Origin: Dicyema japonicum
Taxonomy: Eukaryota > Animalia > Dicyemida
DNA: 64,000 nt
Assembly: GCA_011109175.1 (NCBI GenBank)
Contig: RDEW01000058.1
Span: forward strand, 130,033 to 194,032
Direction of reading: 5' to 3'
Part shown: piece by piece, positions 40,110 through 53,650 of the stretch
Layout of the letters: each line of letters starts with the position of its first letter
Position numbering within the stretch: position 1 is the first letter of the stretch
The notes under the pieces: model-generated
Database searches by the model: none
Seen by the model: the letters and a program-made list of their open reading frames with translations, nothing else
Told to the model about the DNA's origin: nothing
Program-made: the position numbers and the translations under genes

Positions 40110-40510
40110 TACTTGCAAAGATTCTTTCCACCGAAGACAACTTAGATCCTTACTAGGATGAACTGGCCAACAAGAATAAACAAGGAGTCACTTATATAAG
40201 AGATGTTGTACGGGTCCACAGAGTCTCAAAATTATTGATATGCGTTGGAAGCTATTTGGACATATCTTGAGAATGGACTTGGATGGTCCAGCTAATATAG
40301 AAATGGGGAATACTTCATGAGAAAGAAAACGTGTTTATGTGGATGTCTCGTGTTACACTACAAAAAACGCTTGATGGATATCTAAAGCTTGTGAACAAAA
40401 GTCTAAGAAATGGAGACGATCTGGATGAGTTGAGGAAACTCTATACGATCAAGGACGTTGAAAGAGGTTGGTTCAAAAGATTGTTTCGAATGCTGCAAGA
40501 GTGAAATTAT
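40110..40510 (+). mobile_element. LINE family B 3' end
   Basis: Reads LYKRCCTGPQSLKIIDMRWKLFGHILRMDLDGPAN..DDLDELRKL. Confidence 0.75.
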
Positions 40511-42349
40511 AACTGTTATGGTTCTACTCATGCTGCCTAAAAATAGGTCAAGTTATGAATTATTTTATCTTCATAGGGTAATTTGATATAAATTATATAA
40601 ATTATGAAAGTATCTCCCATATTTTCTGTGTTTTTTTCTATGTTCAACAACATCATTGCTCCATCAGTATCAGGAAGCACCTATTGATGGACAGCACGAA
40701 AAAAAATAATTTGTCTCAAAAACTTTTGTATAAAAATATACAAGTTAAGTCAGTGAAGTATGAAAAAAATCACCAGTCGAGATTTTTGTATTCTGGGAGT
40801 AAAATAAACTTTTTCCGAAGTACGATTTTTCGTGAAAGTTATGAGAATGAGGTTATGGTTATTGGTAGCATCTTAGAACAATGTCCAATTGGTAGAGAGT
40901 CAATTTTTTTCATAATCACTATCCGATTTTCGATGACTTTGACTCTTTTTCATTAACTGATTTATGGAATCCGAGCTCTTTGCTGTAATTTTCAATACTC
41001 TGGCTAGTAGCCTTAGAAACTTTGTATCCTTCGTGCTAAAAATACTCTTTACTGTAAAAATGCCTTGTGGTAACTTGTGTAAATCTTGCTTATGCATACT
41101 CCACTTCGTAGATACCTGAAATTCAAAGTTTATAGTATCTTCAACAGTTACAAAATCCAAAAAGTGTAATTTTTCTACTGCTAGAATCTACACAAATAGC
41201 TATTAATATATGTAGATCCTTCTCTGATTTCAAAAGAACACTTGTAACATTATCCAACCAAAAACTAAATTACATAGCTTTGTCATAATGTGGCATTCTA
41301 TTTGGATGTAGTTATTCTGTGATATGTTCTCTAGAGCGATTATCTTGAAGCAATTTCAACTCTGTGGACATAACTATCTCTGAGCAGAGAGATTCACATT
41401 GGTTTTGTCTGTTTGTGAGAGCTTCCTAATAATTTACGTTTTGTGAATGAAATAGGGTAATACTATAATTTAACTATACTTGAAAGAACCACAAGATTGT
41501 GTTTTTAGACCGATTTAGTTGGATTTCTCTTTGCATTTAAATATAAATTATCATAATGTTTTCCAGTTCCCACAGTCGCAGAAGTAGAGTGTTTTTCTAA
41601 TGTAACTTGAATTCATCCGAACCAACAAAAAGGGAGAAAATGTCAAGCCCTAAAAGATGTAAGAATTCCTCCAGTGAATTGAAGGTAATTTTTTTTCATA
41701 CCATACTGGCAATTGGAACATCTGAAAAAGGTGGATCACATGATGCCATTCTAGAAGAACAGGAAAAAACAGGAACATATGAAGTGCTATTTGCAATCAT
41801 AAAGCCATCTGGCACCATGCTAACAATGGTTGATAACATGGTAAATGATCTCAAAAGTCTTTATTGAGATATAACTATTAAAATTTAACCAAATTCTATG
41901 GATGATGCAAACTTTGAATGGATGCCGGATGCAAACTTTGAATCAATCCGAGAGCATAATGTTTTGAATTGCGAGAGTACAATGTTTTGAATTTTTGGAT
42001 TAAATTTAATTATCTTTAATTTTATGTTTGTAAAAGGATCTGGATGATCTGAGGTCGGATCCGAAAAACAGGAGAAAATGGAAACGACTCACAGTGCGTG
42101 TCCAGAGATGCATGGCAAAAGTGGAATCTCCAATTTGTTAACTTTTCTGGTTCCGGGATATTGCCAATATTAATAATTATGTTTATAATTAAATAATATT
42201 TTATTAAATTTATTTGATTTTATTTTAATAAAAATTGTGATTAATTGTGACAACAACGTTGTGTGAATGTTCCAATTAATAGGTTTATAATAATAAATAA
42301 TATTACCAGTATTTTCATGTATAATCATTTATAAATCAATGATGAGTAA

Positions 42350-43130
42350 AATTATAATTTCAAAAATAATTGATGATGGAGTACCAATGTGGGTTGCTAG
42401 AAAGGATGCTCGCGTTATAGTTTTATTCAAAGGAAGAATTGATGTTTCATACAATATTAATAATACTGTAATCTCATTATATTAAAAAAGATTTTACATA
42501 AAAATTTAAATGATGCAAAATTTGAATTAAAAAATATTGAATATGGTGAAGTTATGTTTTTATGGAAGAAAAATGACATAAAATTGATATTTACTAGCAA
42601 ATCTTTTACTACAGAACGTTTATTATCTGTTCGTTTAGAATTATTAGCATACAACCATAAATGTAAAGAAATTTGTTTATTAACTTAGACCCTGATAGAT
42701 TATTTGATTTTCCAGAGAAATTCACAAATAACAGTTATTATAAATGTAGCAAAAGTGTTCTATATTTCCCTCCATATGATAAAGTCATTATAAGTGATTT
42801 GAAAATAAAATTATCATTTATAGATAATAGAACAAGTTTTACCGGAAATAGTTATTTTAAATTAATCATTATTTAGAACTCGAATGTCAAAATGATATAA
42901 GAACAAATCTCAAATTACAGTCAACGGCATTATTCACATAAAAAAGCATAATATATACTTCAACAACTATTATTATTCAAAAAAGTACATAAATATATAA
43001 CTTTAGATAACAAATATATAATGGAGATTTGTGTAATTGGTGGAATTACAATTATCTGTGGAATCTTTTTTATAATTAAACGACGGCGAACACGTAACAA
43101 TTCATTAAGACGTAACAATTTAAATTATTA
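42350..43130 (+). pseudogene. Degenerate LAMP-like single-pass membrane protein gene
   Basis: Reads FTNNSYYKCSKSV..VIISDLKIKLSF, then a hydrophobic stretch ICVIGGITIICGIFFII followed by KRRR. The resemblance is weak. Confidence 0.3.
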
Positions 43131-43449
43131 ATATTTACTTTGTTTTGTAAGTCACAATTTTGAGATTATTTATTTGATTAATTGTATAACACTTCATCCA
43201 TGAAAAAATATAGAAAATATCTTATCTTTAAATCAGAGGTTTTCAGAAAATAATTCTTGCGGCAGATTAATAGTAAAAATGAAAATTTAAATTTTTTCGG
43301 GTACGTAAAAGTGAGTACAAAAATTGGCAATTTCATGGACAAGTTGTAATGAAAAACGAGTTTCTTAATAGAAAATAAAACATTGTTTTCAATATTCTCT
43401 GACAAATAACAAATCCCACATTAAACAGTATTATCTGAAAAAGGTATAT

Positions 43450-43785
43450 CATTATTTTTCTTCATATTTATGACCAAACATAGTCAGAATGTGATACGAC
43501 AATCAGGGATTATCATGATTTTTATAATTGTATGAGGTTTCAATAATTCTGAAATAAATTCAACAATCAGATATGAACATTTTAATGATTCGTTGAACTC
43601 ACTAGTATCACTAAACAACATTTGACTGGATCTAAAATGCATAATAAAAATAAAATTTGTGTTGTTTTTCAAATGCATAAAATAATCCACAGATTTTTTG
43701 GAATAGTCCGGATGCTTGGATGTAAAATGTCTATTTAGTCTGCTAAGAACCAACTGATTTACCAATTTAATAATAAGCACGTTAT
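43450..43785 (-). mobile_element. hAT (Buster/Charlie-type) transposase N-terminal remnant
   Basis: Reads LSRLNRHFTSKHPDYSKKSVDYF..SLKCSYLIVEFISELLKPHTI. Confidence 0.7.
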
Positions 43786-43789
43786 TAAT

Positions 43790-44370
43790 TTAATTTATTA
43801 ACCCCGGATACACCGAGAAAAAAGTTAAAGGTAACACCCAGATACTTATATCCTTCGTGTTCTCTAGGACTCTTACTAACTCGCTACATACTTTCGTGTT
43901 AGTCGCAGATTTTGAATAATTCAAATCTAGTCCTATACTTTCAAAGATTTCCTTGGCACAAACCCTTATGGAGTAGAGCATACATCTTCAGGTCATCGAT
44001 CAAGTGAAGGTGATCTGTACTGAAACAAACCCCCTCACAATGAACTGGTATTTGCTCAAACAGGTCATTGAGACGGCGACTCCATGGCTCCAAACAGAGA
44101 ACAAAGAGCAGCGAAGAAAAGCTATCCCCCTGAAGGATCCCCCTCTTGAGTTTTACCTCGCCTATCCGGTGCCTATTATAGTTCAGATAAATACTCCACC
44201 TATTCATCACAGCCACTACAAAGTTGATGAACCACACAGGCATACACAGACTGTGTAGGCACTCGACAAGGTAAAAATGATCAACTGAATCGTAAGCTTT
44301 TCACATCCACCCACATAGACAAAAGTGAGTTTCCGTGAGACACAGAAAGGCACTTGTTCCGTGAGACAGA
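43790..44370 (-). mobile_element. Internal RT fragment of the R4-like element fused to a LINE family A 3' tail
   Basis: Highly similar to ~36975-37520 of the full element. It stops after YKYLGVT and continues TTTAACTTTTTTCTCGGTGTATCCGGGGTTAATAAA. Confidence 0.85.
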
Positions 44371-44779
44371 ATTTTAAAGAACATATGAATTTTTGACTTT
44401 ATAAAAATCGCCCTAGTGATGAGCCAATAATACTGATTCTCAGCACACAGCATCTCAAAAAGATCAATCGTCTGTTTGTAGTTCGAAAAGGAACACTATT
44501 AAACATTTTCGTTGATTTTATGGTCCTCAGCAGACTATTGAATACAATAAACTCTCTTATAATAAAGAAGACCCCCAACCTGATAGTTTATGGTCAAATA
44601 CAGAATTTTCTGTCTCAGCTATTCAAATGCATGCGATTGATAGCTTCTTGAGTGTCGTAATAATGGTAAGATATGTAGAAAACGTTATAACAAAATGCAA
44701 AAAAGAAGTCTATGTCTTGAACAGTCTCACTTGCTAATGGAAGTACAGAAATCATCCAATTTTATGTACTATATACAAA

Positions 44780-45000
44780 CAATACATTGAACAATGATTT
44801 CTTACGCATGTAATTTTTAGGCCAATTCATCTCTTGGACAAATGTCATGAAGATCGATGCTTGTTGAAAAAGAGCCTTCAAAATCCGGAACGCTGGATTT
44901 CTCCAGAGTTCCAGAAACCAATGCCTCTCGAGGCCATGATACGAATGAACTATGAAACGCACCGCCGTGACTACGAAGATCCAGTCATTCGGTCAGTCGC
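44780..45000 (+). mobile_element. LINE C-terminal fragment
   Basis: Inverted homolog of ~12600-12830 (CCAATTCATCTCTTGGACAAATGTC.TGAAGATCGA). Confidence 0.65.
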
Positions 45001-45667
45001 TCATTAGAATACAAAAAACGCAACCAACTTCAATCACTAGGAAAAAATATTGAATGTTTTAAAAACAAATTAAAAATATGATAAAAAAATAAAAATTAAC
45101 TTCATAAACGAATAGCTACTTTTCTAGACTTTTATCACAATAATTTTTGGAACAAAAACGATTTATTACGTAACAAGACAATCTAAATTGTTTCCATATT
45201 AGATGCTGGTGAAATAATTTCTGTATAGTGATCTAAATGTTGTTTATTTATATCTCTGAACTGATTTTGCTCTTAAACAATGTCTGTCTCAAAATTGTAT
45301 TCCCAACGCATTTCGTACGTTGGTGGATCGTGTTAGTGAGATTGCCCAAAAGTTCTGGAAATGTTGAAATTATCATAATCCTGAGTTTATCAAGTGTTTG
45401 TCTTAAATGACCTCATATTAAGCTGGTTTAGTGAGTATGTCACTTTACATGGTAATTGAACTAGAGATGCCAGTCAGTTCGGACGCTCCCAGAGAAGACG
45501 CTCGATAATTAAGATGCTATTTCAGCTATTTTTAGTAAAATCGATTCCCCACATTCATCGTCTTTTGCTTCAAGTAGTTTTTGAAAATCCAAATTCAAGT
45601 TCTCTCCACCTTATCTTTCCTAGATTAGATAATTAAGACAGCTTGGAAAAGTATTTAACAAGTCGAA

Positions 45668-45890
45668 GAAGTGCAGGACGATTCCCAAGACACAAGGCGA
45701 TCAACGGAATTGTCAAGCGAGCCCTGGAGTCTGCGGAAACCCAGCTATACTAGAACCTGTTGGCATAGACAGAGGAGACGGAAAACGTCCCGACGGGATC
45801 ACAATTTTCCCATTCGAAGAGGGGAAACCTTTGGTCTGGTACGCTACTTGTGTCGACACGCTTTGCCCGTCCAACATTGTCGGGAGCGTT
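45668..45890 (+). mobile_element. CRE-clade RLE fragment
   Basis: Reads GRFPRHKAINGIVKRALES..LEPVGIDRGDGKRPDGITIFPFEEGKPLVWYATCVDT; homologous to 25008-25340. Confidence 0.8.
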
Positions 45891-45999
45891 TAGGGTCCTC
45901 AAAGATCCAACAGAATTGGTAAAAACGGGGACGGTCTCATTCTCCATAGATTCCCCGTATTTTCTAGATAGTTGACAAGGCTATTAAATTCCTACGTCT

Positions 46000-47100
46000 C
46001 ACTCGTGCTTGTGGTCCCGACGGTGTTTGCACTATTCACCTCAAACACCTTAGATTTCAGGCACGAACCTGAGGTATCAAAAGTGCTGGAAAAGCTTGTA
46101 TTAATGCGCATTTCTCCTGTTCTACATCTACCACAATTTCAACATGGCTTCAGAACAGACCGTTCTACAACGACTCATTTGGGTCCAGGACGGCCCCAAT
46201 ATCTATCGATATACAGAAGGCCTTTGATTCTGTTACGAGGAAACTCCTAACGCAAAAGATTTTTACTCCAAACTTACATCCGAACATCAAGCTATGGCTG
46301 AAAATTTCTTAATTGAGCGACGCGGAAAGTTCCGGATTGACAAAATTACCTCAAAATCAAGACTATTCTCCAATGGAGCTCGGCAAGGCAATCCTCTGTC
46401 TCCTCTCTTATTTAACTTATTTCTACACGATTTACCTACTATGATCAGGACACCATGTTTTTATCTTATGCGGACGATTTGATTATCGTGCAAAGACAAA
46501 TCTCCCTCCAGGGCTGTGGTGGTTCAGTTACACCACAACCAGGTGTGTGACTGACTACGGACAAAGATTTAAAGGTGGATTTGAGATATTCCTCGGAAAC
46601 ATTCCCATTCCTTATACACGAATCCAGAAAATCCTTGGAGTAACTTTCGACTCTTTGATGACATTTAGCAGTCACGTTGAAAATGTGTTAACCAAAAGTC
46701 TTCGAAAATGGAACGTCCTAAAATCCATCGTAAAGAAGAGCCCCTTCCCTCTTATTGCTTGTATCAGGAAAGTATATCTCCAAGTTATTGCGCCGATGAT
46801 TGAATATGCCTGTTCTGACTGGAGATTCGCCATTCCTACTACGAGGGTGGAGTTTGTGAATTCTCTCATACAGATGATCATGAGGCACATACAATCAGAC
46901 TCCACATTTGTCCCCAGTGTACGTTCAGAGGAGGCGACTGTGAGAAATGCCCAGGGTTCCAGGTTTCCTACGTTTTTGCAAGGAACTGAGAAGCCAATTC
47001 AAGAAAAGGTGGCTCATGCATAGGAATTTCGAATGGCGTAATTGGATCCACCTTACAAGGAGACGTCAAATACCTGGACGGAATCAAAAGTACACAACTA
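46000..47100 (+). mobile_element. Decayed Jockey/L2-group LINE RT
   Basis: Reads SKVLEKLV..QHGFR, IDIQKAFDSV, QGNPLSPLLFNLFLHDLP, YADD, KILGVTFDSLMTF and PMIEYAC. Confidence 0.85.
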
Positions 47101-50100
47101 TTCTTAAAAAAACGTGTTTGTGAAGTCTTTGTGGCAATTCTGGAAAAAGATGGTTCAAAAGTTAGTTCAAATGTATCAAAAATTGAGACAGTAAAAGTTA
47201 TAACTTTTCCAAAGTTACAGAAGCTAATACTGTGAAAAAAGTTTGAAGACGAGATCCAGACAGTTTTCACATCAGCAGAAACTGAAACGCAGTATATTCT
47301 TCATGATCCTCCAGCTTTTAAATACTCTGGGAATATGTTTATACAGATTGATGTCACATCGAATATGAGAGCTATCAAAATTTCTAACGTGTTGTACTCG
47401 ACGACTTGACGGTATCTTTCAGATTAAGTCATAAAGGCTCCGGAATTTTCTGCCTCGAATTCAAAAAGGAGGGGACAAAGGAATTTTAAGAACATTTGGA
47501 TCTACTTCTTATGTTTTTGGAAACCATTGCTTTAGTTAAATCCGACTAGATCTTCCGAAATTGTGTGAACAATCTGCCTTTATGGGTATATGATAACGAC
47601 CTTCATGAATTTGTAAAGGAATTAGCCTCATCTACCACGAGCTTATGCAATTTCTACCAGGCAGATGGAGACTCCCTCTTGTAAAGGTTATAGTTGGATC
47701 AAAGGCGAAGCTACTTCGCTTGTCCAACATTGTTTTAACATTTCTAACGTACCATTACATGCGAATAGTACAGAAAAAGCTCACATAGGTGTTTCTACTG
47801 CCAAGTTCTGGGCACATTTCCTGCTTCTGTAAAAATACATGATGTCTCACTTGAGGAGAACACAATCTGTCTGCGTGTGAAAGATTCCTGGGAACACAAT
47901 TAATTGCATAAATTGTTGCTCGTCCTCACATTGTGCCAGATATGATGGATGTTACGTGAAAGACGGCACTAAAAATTAGTCGAAAGTCGAATGAAGTCTC
48001 ACCCAATCTATCAGAGAAAATATATTTTGAAATATCAAAGATGATGTCACAGCTTAACAATCTGTCCGCGAATACACAGATGGATTTAATGGAGATAGTA
48101 TGGGTGGTTTTGAAGAAACAGAAAAAGTAAGGTAGCCAAATTGTTGAAACAAGGATTAAAAATAGTGCTAGTGAATGGTTGATCCTTAAGGAAAAGGCAT
48201 AATGAACTAGCATTACTTTCTAGGGCCCCAGATCGACATCTTGGTGGTCAATGAGATGGAATAAAGAAATCGGAGTGTAATAAATTGACGGGATACAATT
48301 CCTGGACGTTTTAAGGAAGTCTTGAGTAGTTGCTATAGGGGAACGTCTATATTCTACCGCGACTGCCTCAGAATTCGTAATCAAAAAGTGTTCTGTCATT
48401 TATTGTGTGATTTTGTAAGCATGGACGTTTGTTCCGAGGGAATATGGATTACTGTTGGAGGTCTATACTCCAAGAATCTTGAGATTTGTTCTACAGATAT
48501 CTCTAATTTTTACAACAAGAATCCATATACCTTCTTAATGGCGACCTTGATTCGAAGTATACTAATTCTGGTTTTCGAAGACAAATCAGGATGGACGTTT
48601 ATTTATTGTCTGATTCAAGTGGCATTCTGATTTTTACATCAATGACCTAAATCATTTTTTTATCATATTGAAAACAAACCCGGCGTATTTCTAGTATCGC
48701 CAGCTCTATTTGTCTATTTGGGAATGTCCAAAACTCTAGTTTTCTTGAGGTTCAACAGATCACATTTAGATTAAGGTTACTATAGGGTTTTCATGTCTAA
48801 TAATGGAAAGATTAAACGGACCGTATATGAATGGCTGAGGATGCGAAGATTTATGTAAAAATCACTATTTTGGAAATACTATCGGTAGATAATGTGTCCG
48901 AAGTAATGGGCAGAGAAGATTATATAAAATAATCTAGACGGGGGTATGCATGACCAAGAAACACCTTCGATATTCAGGGATCAGATCAAAAAATTCAGGG
49001 TGTTGATCCGTGGAGTTTGACACCTGATGACAAAAAAAGTTGTGTGCCAATTCATTTAAATACTCCGACGAGTATTATTCTCAAGAAATTTGGACGCCTG
49101 ACTCTATCAGAAGCAATTCTGTTCATATAATTGATCTCTTTGAATATCTTGAGAAAGAACTCAGCGACAATTATGTCGACAAGGATCAAAACTAAATAAT
49201 TTAATTAAGATAAGGCTCACGTATTCACAAATCTAAGAAAACCTATCCGTTCTTTACAACCAATCATATTCGATTCATTTCCTCATCGATTTTTAAATGA
49301 AATTATTCTTTCCGATTAAAGAGTAGAGATGTTGATTCAGTTGGCCAACCAGGAAATTATTTAAATCATAATAAATTTGAATTAATTAACACCAATTTTT
49401 ATTTCCGAAAAAGAACCGATTAAGTTAGTAAAATGTTAGTAACTCCGCAAAAGCCCATTACATTGTACTTGTTCGCAATGGCACTGCAGTCTGAAATAAC
49501 ATTATTAATTACATGTTTTACTTGTCTGCTTGCTGTCATGTCTAAATTTATTACTTTCGAACATATACATGTTATCATTTTTGAGAAACATGAATTGATG
49601 AGGTAGATTTGATGTGTACCTATGATAAATATACTATCATACGCTTTTGCATCATCGAATGAATCAATGCACACAATTACACTAAATTATTATTAAAAAT
49701 ACTCAATTAATGAAACACCAATGGAACTAATTCTAAATTCTTGAATAACCTCTATTCCCTGTGGAAAGTCACTACATTAATTAAAAAAATTTACATATTT
49801 CTAAGTGCTGATAAATCTTCTGCAAAATCAATTGCTATGTAAATGAGGGAATTACATTGTGACAAATGCCTATTAATTTAATAATATATATAACAAGTAA
49901 TAAATAGTAGATGGAAAAGTATTATTGATTACATATTTTAAACTTTCTTCCAAACAGTAACTATAATAAGTAATATTTAATACAAATCCTCCACTTTCGA
50001 TCGCATAATAGAAAAATTGAAACCATGTTCAAATGTGATGTATTGAGTTTCTAAAATCATTACTGTAGAATCAACTTGTAGGCCAGAAAATGTACAATTA

Positions 50101-50409
50101 ATCAAATATCTTAATAATTAATATATAATACAGAGATCGCACCTGATTTATTTCTTGACAATTTTTCTGTGTCAAAATGCCAAATGGAAGGTAAAAGATG
50201 ATGAAACTGAACATCTATAAGATTAAATACCGAAATGATGAATATACTAGTAACCACAAGAAATTAAAATTATTACATGATTTACAGTCGTCATAATTAA
50301 TTTTAATTTTATTAAATAAAATGTTAGATTAAATAAATAAAATTAAAAAATAATTTAATTAAATTTACACAATTAACATGGTTTTCCGATTTGTTTAATA
50401 ATTTTACCA

Positions 50410-50525
50410 TAAAATTTAATAAATTTGTCAAAAATGTCTAATAACTTTGCCACAATGTTTAATAGCTTTATCAAATGTCTAGAAATTGTGTCAAAAGTTT
50501 AATACCTTTTGAATAATGTTTAATT
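50410..50525. repeat. Degenerate ~21-bp minisatellite, 5-6 units
   Basis: Units such as ATGTCTAATAACTTTGCCACA and ATGTTTAATAGCTTTATCAA. Confidence 0.5.
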
Positions 50526-52399
50526 ACAGGTCAATTTGCGCGAAAATCAAATTTTAAGTGAATCTGAAAAGAGGCTACACACATTGACACTTCAGAAAGT
50601 GACTCACAGTAACTAATCCTTTTGTTGTCTATCTGGAAGCTGCTCTTCGTAATCTGAGAGCTAAAAATTGTCCTACTTCTATCTAGGAATTAAAGATATG
50701 CGGATGACCTGGATTTTAGTTTTGAAGTATGATGATATCTAATTCTCTTTTAGACAAGAGTACTGCAGGGTAATTGAAATTATTTTTTCAGACAAGAGTA
50801 CTGCAATGTAGTTTAATTGGTCTAATTTTGGAGGATTATACGTGATGTTAACACAGCAGTATGAAGTAGTTAGCCTTAGTATGATGGGAGAATCTTTTGC
50901 CTCTTTTAGAATCAAATAGATGATATTGTTCTAAGTAACGAATTATCATCATTCGCATTCTCGAATTGGTTTTATGTGAAATATTAAAATTGATCGCTTG
51001 ATGACAAAATTATTTTTCTGTGCGATTTTTGCTACAGATTGATCTATCAGGACTAAAAGATTTTCAACCTCCGATGTTCTTTTTACTTGAAAGTAAAAAT
51101 AGGTCATATTTTTACTTGACAGTAAAATTAGGTCAACCGTTAAAGTAATTTTAACTATATTTGATGACTATATATGCTATTAGTATCCTTACTATTAGTC
51201 GCAACCAAATGTGGATGCCATGGTTTATAATGACCTTACCCCTCACTCTTATTTCTGGATCTGTGGACGTTAAGGAGGATATTTCCTTAATGATCTAAAT
51301 GACCGAATTAATTTGAAATCTCATTACGATGTGTTTTTGAAAAAGAGAGAGTTGCTTGAGAGCAATATGATGCTAGAAGATCTGCTTCAAGATGACTCAA
51401 CAGAAATTATTCAACAAATGCTTGTTTGAATGTATATTCATGTGATAAAATTAGCAACCTTCTGAAGACGAAGCAGTGAGAATAGCTGCCTCGCTCTGTC
51501 TTAACCTTAATTTTGTGTTAAATTAAAATATCCTCGAGGAAGGAAGATCGATGGTTATCATCTTTTAAGCTGATTTATGGCTGTTCCCATACATGATGTC
51601 ACAACCTGACATTAAAAATGCATTTTCGATGCTGGCCACAACTAGTTTCTTCTTTGCGATGGCAACACCCCGAAGGGATAGCAATATTCCCATTCGATAA
51701 TGGTGGAAACATGGTTTGGTGCGTTACACGTGTTAAAAACATTCTCTAACAAATTTGGCTGATATTCAGTTTATGACGACGAAGATCATTAATATCGCCT
51801 AGGATCTCGTGGGACTGATTGTTTCGAGATTGTATTTTGCAAGGTAAAATACCTGGCTATTGAAGTCGCTCAATATAATAATTAATTTTACTAATTGAAG
51901 TTATGATTTGCTAAAATGCCGACAATTAAAAATTCATGAAACCATACTGCAGGGAGAATCTTTATCTCGTAAACTTGATGCGTTCGGTTAACTCATGATT
52001 CTAAATAATGAACATAAAATCTACGTTGATTTTTGTCATATTTCCATCAGCCTTGAAGTTGGGTTCGCTGAATTCCTTATGGGAGTTGTTCAGATTCAAT
52101 ACTGTCTGAAAAGCGAATAGAGGGAAGGAATTCTGTCTTATCTGTATTTTATTTAAAATTTGACTCCAGTAAAGAAAAAACAAAATAATAAAACTGACAT
52201 CGTCAGGTTTTCTGTCTGATAATGATTAGGGTCATACTTTGGAATATATCTTAGAAATATTATAGTTGAAAGCAATTCATGTAAAAATGGACCGAGGAAA
52301 CTGCCGCTTTATATTTTTTGCCTTTTTGTCAATTTTATCAACATCTCAGGTGGCATTGAAGTGATCTGCTCTGTTTCATTCAATTATTAAACAGTCTCC

Positions 52400-53470
52400 A
52401 TTATGACCTTCAGGCAATGAGCTTGGCCATTTCTGCACGGCAACAAATTGTTCTCGTGCAACACTGCATTCTCTCATCGTGCATGCCACATAACAACTTG
52501 GATGGGCGAATGAATCATCCCAGATGGAAAACTAATCCCTATGTACAACCAATATATAACGACAAACGCTCTCTTATAAACGCACGCTCATTCGAAGGTT
52601 CAACAACTGTCAGCGATCACAGAATGGTTATTGTAACATTCAGCCTGGCGAACCATGATATCAAACATAAGAAACATAACAACATTACAAACAATAATAA
52701 TGAGAATACAAGAAATGGATACGCAACGGAATAACTGATGTCTCATCCAGATACAGTCATAAATTACCAAAAATATATCTGCTCTCATCTAAAGGACCTA
52801 ACAGTAAGAATTTCGTAGAATCGCACGAAGAAAATAATAAACGAAGCAGCAAGGCAGTACTTCGGCACGTGCGAGATGGCCAGTAAGGATCGGACGATAG
52901 GTACAGAACTAGCAAAGGAGTTAATAGAAATCCATACAAAAAAACTAAACGAAAAAAAGAATATAACAAGAGAAAAGCCCTTCAGGGCAAAAGACCAAAT
53001 CCGTAAAAAATCAGGATTTTGAACAAGACAATCCACCAAGAAGAACTGCTTCGCAAAATCAATGAAGTATCCAAACTAACAGATAATTCACAATTGTATA
53101 TGGCCGCTCGCTTACTACGCCACACAAACCGGAAAAAACGAATAATAATCGAAGACAAAAATGGCAAGATACAACTGATTGCTGAATAGCAAGCAGAGGT
53201 AATTGCAACACATCATGAACTTCATTCACCCCTGACCGTCGGTCCAAAGAAGGACCATAAATCTTTACCGGACATACTCGAATACCTGTCAAAGAAAAAC
53301 CCTCAATTCTAAAAATGACTTACGACAGGCAGCTTAATTTGACCTTCCATGCCAAAAAAGTTCTCGCCAAAGGACTGCAGAAGATGAATGTCACACGGGC
53401 TCTTAGCCAGAAGAACTCAGTAAATATAAATGAAACAATCTGAATTATATATCGTCAGACAATCGCAGAG
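52400..53470 (+). mobile_element. Internally deleted APE-type LINE fragments
   Basis: APE end reads RSFEGSTTVSDHRMV. Segment 53180-53470 is homologous to the family A copy at ~26380-26620 (GGACATACTCG.ATACCTGTCA). Confidence 0.7.
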
Positions 53471-53650
53471 AACCGAGTTTCCGCGTCACGACATATTACA
53501 CTTCCGAAACACTTGATGTAGTTTTAAATCTTATGAAAAAAGTATAAAAAGTGGAAACGATTTGGACAAGTTGAGAAAACTGTCGTACGATCGAAAAAAT
53601 TTGAAGAAGTTAGTTCGAAAGATTGTCTCGAGTGCTGCACGAGTGCACTT
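53470..53650 (+). mobile_element. LINE family B 3' end
   Basis: Reads KSGNDLDKLRKLSYDRK; homologous to 40380-40500. Confidence 0.55.

Noticed and set aside
47300-52000. Several coding-like stretches (also 14100-15050, 31300-32600, 39050-39750, 40684-41420, 54018-54284, 55000-55600)
   Set aside because: They are probably further decayed genes, but I recognised no motif. blastx would be needed, so they are not annotated.
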